DNA of 64,000 nt from Candidatus Cloacimonadales bacterium (lineage in GTDB: Bacteria > Cloacimonadota > Cloacimonadia > Cloacimonadales > JAFGVF01). Below, piece by piece: positions 60,470-64,000 of the stretch. Every line of letters starts with the position of its first letter. Position 1 is the stretch's first letter. The DNA lies in the NCBI GenBank assembly GCA_963678315.1, contig OY782781.1:1184001-1248000 (forward strand), given 5' to 3'. Both the position numbers and the translations under genes were made by a program. The notes under the pieces were generated by a model. It was not told the DNA's origin. It did no database searches and was given only the letters and a program-made list of their open reading frames with translations.

Positions 60470-60614
60470 ACTGGGAGTGTAGCCATCCCTGGCTAAGCAA
60501 TTCAAGAAGACTGGGAGTGTAGCCATCCTTGGCTAGACCAAGATGGTTGTGTACACAGAAAGAAACCGGTGATGTAAGCATCCGAGCAGTTGCCGGACAC
60601 GATCCTTGCTTACA
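60470..60614 (+). repeat. Hairpin mosaic E: tandem GGAG-headed REP-like units
   Basis: ACTGGGAGTGTAGCCATCC(C/T)TGGCTA twice (60470, 60510), then TGTAAGCA[insert]TCCTTGCTTACA. Confidence 0.85.
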
Positions 60615-60627
60615 TAATATATTGTAT

Positions 60628-60659
60628 AAAAAGAAGGACAGGTTTTTAAGCCTGTCCTT
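60628..60659 (-). terminator. groEL terminator
   Basis: AAGGACAGG...CCTGTCCTT with an A-run. Confidence 0.8.
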
Positions 60660-60684
60660 GTTATGTTATTAGATTATTAATCTA

Positions 60685-62352
<1,668 letters not shown>

Positions 62353-62368
62353 TTATTTTCATTTTAAT

Positions 62369-62395
62369 TTAGCAATCAAGCTTTCTGTTTGCTAA
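62369..62395. promoter_or_regulatory. CIRCE element (HrcA operator)
   Basis: TTAGCAATC-N9-GTTTGCTAA against consensus TTAGCACTC-N9-GAGTGCTAA, about 40 nt upstream of groEL. TTGACA at 62416-62421 on the minus strand. Confidence 0.85.
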
Positions 62396-62490
62396 TTAAT
62401 ATCATTCTGTAATTTTGTCAAATGTTTTTTTTATTTATTTTTAAAATCCTAGCTGTTTCTATTCTGTTCTCATATATAGAGATTCTTAAG

Positions 62491-62792
62491 AGCCTCCTGC
62501 ACTAAATTGCTATTTTATGCTGGTGGGGCAAGGGCACATAGGCAGTTAGGAGTTAGGAGTGAGGGTTAGAAGTTACTGGGAACGCTCGGCTGCTAGCCGG
62601 CAAAACACTGGGAACGCTCAGCTGCTAGCTGGCAAAGAATTGATAATGTAGAATTAAGAATTAAACTTGTAACCCCGAAGGGGTGGCATATATTAGCATG
62701 GGGTCTTGTACCCCATGTAAATAAGAAATAAAATCAAGCCCTGAAAGGGCGACATAAATAGTCAATTGTTGATATGAAGGGCTGCTCGTCTA
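62491..62792 (+). repeat. Intergenic hairpin mosaic D
   Basis: CCTCCTGC hairpin, TTAGGAG heptamers, two ACTGGGAACGCT...GGCAAA units, and a covariant partial core at 62671-62757. Confidence 0.88.
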
Positions 62793-62933
62793 GATTGGAG
62801 ATAGATAAATAAAAACAATACAAAAATTAACTATTATTCGACTTCTGACATTGGCGAGACTCTTTGCTTTATCCCAAATAATGCACTAGAGCTTGAATAA
62901 TATGCACTTTTTTCGTCAAGTCTAATACTTCAT

Positions 62934-64000
62934 CTTAGCATACCCCCATTTTTTTTAAGTAAAATTGATTCGTAGTTGTAACTTATCATGATATTCACCT
63001 TTATGAGGTACCATTTTCTTTAATTTAGAATTACTAAATATATTTTTTATTATTCTACTAAGTTTTTAATACACATAGGTATGCTTTATATTTTTTAGAC
63101 TACCAAACTCCGGATATTGGTACAAAAGATCATCAATATACCTTATCGAAGAATAAACAATATCTACCTCAACCATCAAAATAGTATTAATGTTTTTTAG
63201 TCCTATATAAGACATTAATTGAACACTTTCCCAGTTAAATTCTTGTTTTATATGTCTATGAAACTCTTCAATTTTCCACCTTTTTCTATATCCTCGTAGA
63301 GTTTTCAATATAACCTCATAATCAGTTAAACTATCATCGTTAAAATTGCACAAGAAATAAAATAGTCCCCCTTTTTTACCATATCTTGCAATAACAAGAT
63401 TTGCCTCAACTGTGTCTGGGTATTTTCTTTTGTGAGGATTGGTTCTTATCTTAACTTTTTTTACTCCACATCTTAAAACTGTTTTATCAGAAGTTATAAC
63501 TTTATGTTTTAGTTTAACTTGCTTAACCACCGATACAAAATCAATTTCTTTATCATCAACAATGAGATCTCTTCTACCTGTACTTCGAAGTATATAGTTG
63601 TTTTCGTTTTGGGTGAGTAAATTTATTAGTTTGCGACTATCATAGCCTCTATCAAAAACAAAAGTTCCTTTGTTATTGCTGTGAATGGTAATATCTATAA
63701 TTTTATCTTCAAGCATGTTTTTTGAAGTGTCTTCCTCTATCTTGTTGCTATATAACTTACTACATATAGGTAATATCGAATGATATTTACCATTATCTGT
63801 TAATGAAGTGATGTTGAATAAATGATAACCTTTAACACGTTTCCCCGTAGATCCATCTCTAACTACTGATAGACCTTCTAATTTATTAGATCTTGGCTTA
63901 ACAATATCCGAGTCATCAACAATAAAATAGGTATCTTTCGTAGCTTTTGAACAGTTTGATTTTAATATATTATCACTAACTATATTTCCAAGCTTTTCTT
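62934..64000 (-). mobile_element. IS4-like DDE insertion sequence, 3' part with putative terminal repeat
   Basis: Transposase frame open from the window edge. Candidate end CTTAGCATACCCCCATTTTT at 62934; the partner end is outside the window. Confidence 0.7.
63066..64000 (-). CDS. DDE transposase (IS4/IS701-like), 5' partial, C-terminus probably truncated
   Basis: The frame extends upstream of the track ORF (VDDSDIVKP...EGL..VRDGS). FDRGYD and Y..RWKIEEFHR..KQ (YREK motif). Confidence 0.85.
   Translation of the reverse strand, partial: EKLGNIVSDNILKSNCSKATKDTYFIVDDSDIVKPRSNKLEGLSVVRDGSTGKRVKGYHLFNITSLTDNGKYHSILPICSKLYSNKIEEDTSKNMLEDKIIDITIHSNNKGTFVFDRGYDSRKLINLLTQNENNYILRSTGRRDLIVDDKEIDFVSVVKQVKLKHKVITSDKTVLRCGVKKVKIRTNPHKRKYPDTVEANLVIARYGKKGGLFYFLCNFNDDSLTDYEVILKTLRGYRKRWKIEEFHRHIKQEFNWESVQLMSYIGLKNINTILMVEVDIVYSSIRYIDDLLYQYPEFGSLKNIKHTYVY

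Noticed and set aside
60470..60614. Possible CRISPR mini-array
   Set aside because: Only two close copies with a ~14-nt spacer, no cas genes, and the unit belongs to the dispersed hairpin family.
62836..62933. Possible remnant end of a second IS (TTCGACTTCTGACA)
   Set aside because: Single copy with no partner end or ORF; cannot be supported without a search.

Overview
AT-rich bacterial chromosomal window. It is most consistent with a Cloacimonadota (FCB-group) anaerobe, inferred from several secreted proteins ending in a YPNPFNP FlgD-Ig/T9SS-like module, a C25 gingipain-like protease and a CotH/lamin-tail protein. Coding content is about 43 genes. Secreted or peptidolytic proteins: a partial S8 subtilase missing from the ORF track, C25, S9 and SppA. 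Transport and metabolism: phnDCE, polysaccharide genes, etfB, lgt, purB, a CPA-EIIA fusion, hutU, a eukaryote-type UDPGP and a YtrA-type ABC operon. Other genes: a stand-alone mitochondrial-type EF-G, a hybrid kinase, groEL with a CIRCE box but no groES, and a probably decayed IS4-like transposase at the right edge. The most unusual signal is non-coding. Seven intergenic mosaics are built from a shuffled kit of short hairpin modules with compensatory base changes. In at least six places a 19-22 nt micro-insert sits inside a hairpin whose empty version or close relative occurs elsewhere in the window. Also noted are an unannotated 44-aa ORF with its own promoter, RBS and terminator, and a porin/DNRLRE/FMN-binding operon behind a palindromic putative metal box. 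All family calls come from motif recognition by eye; no database searches were run.
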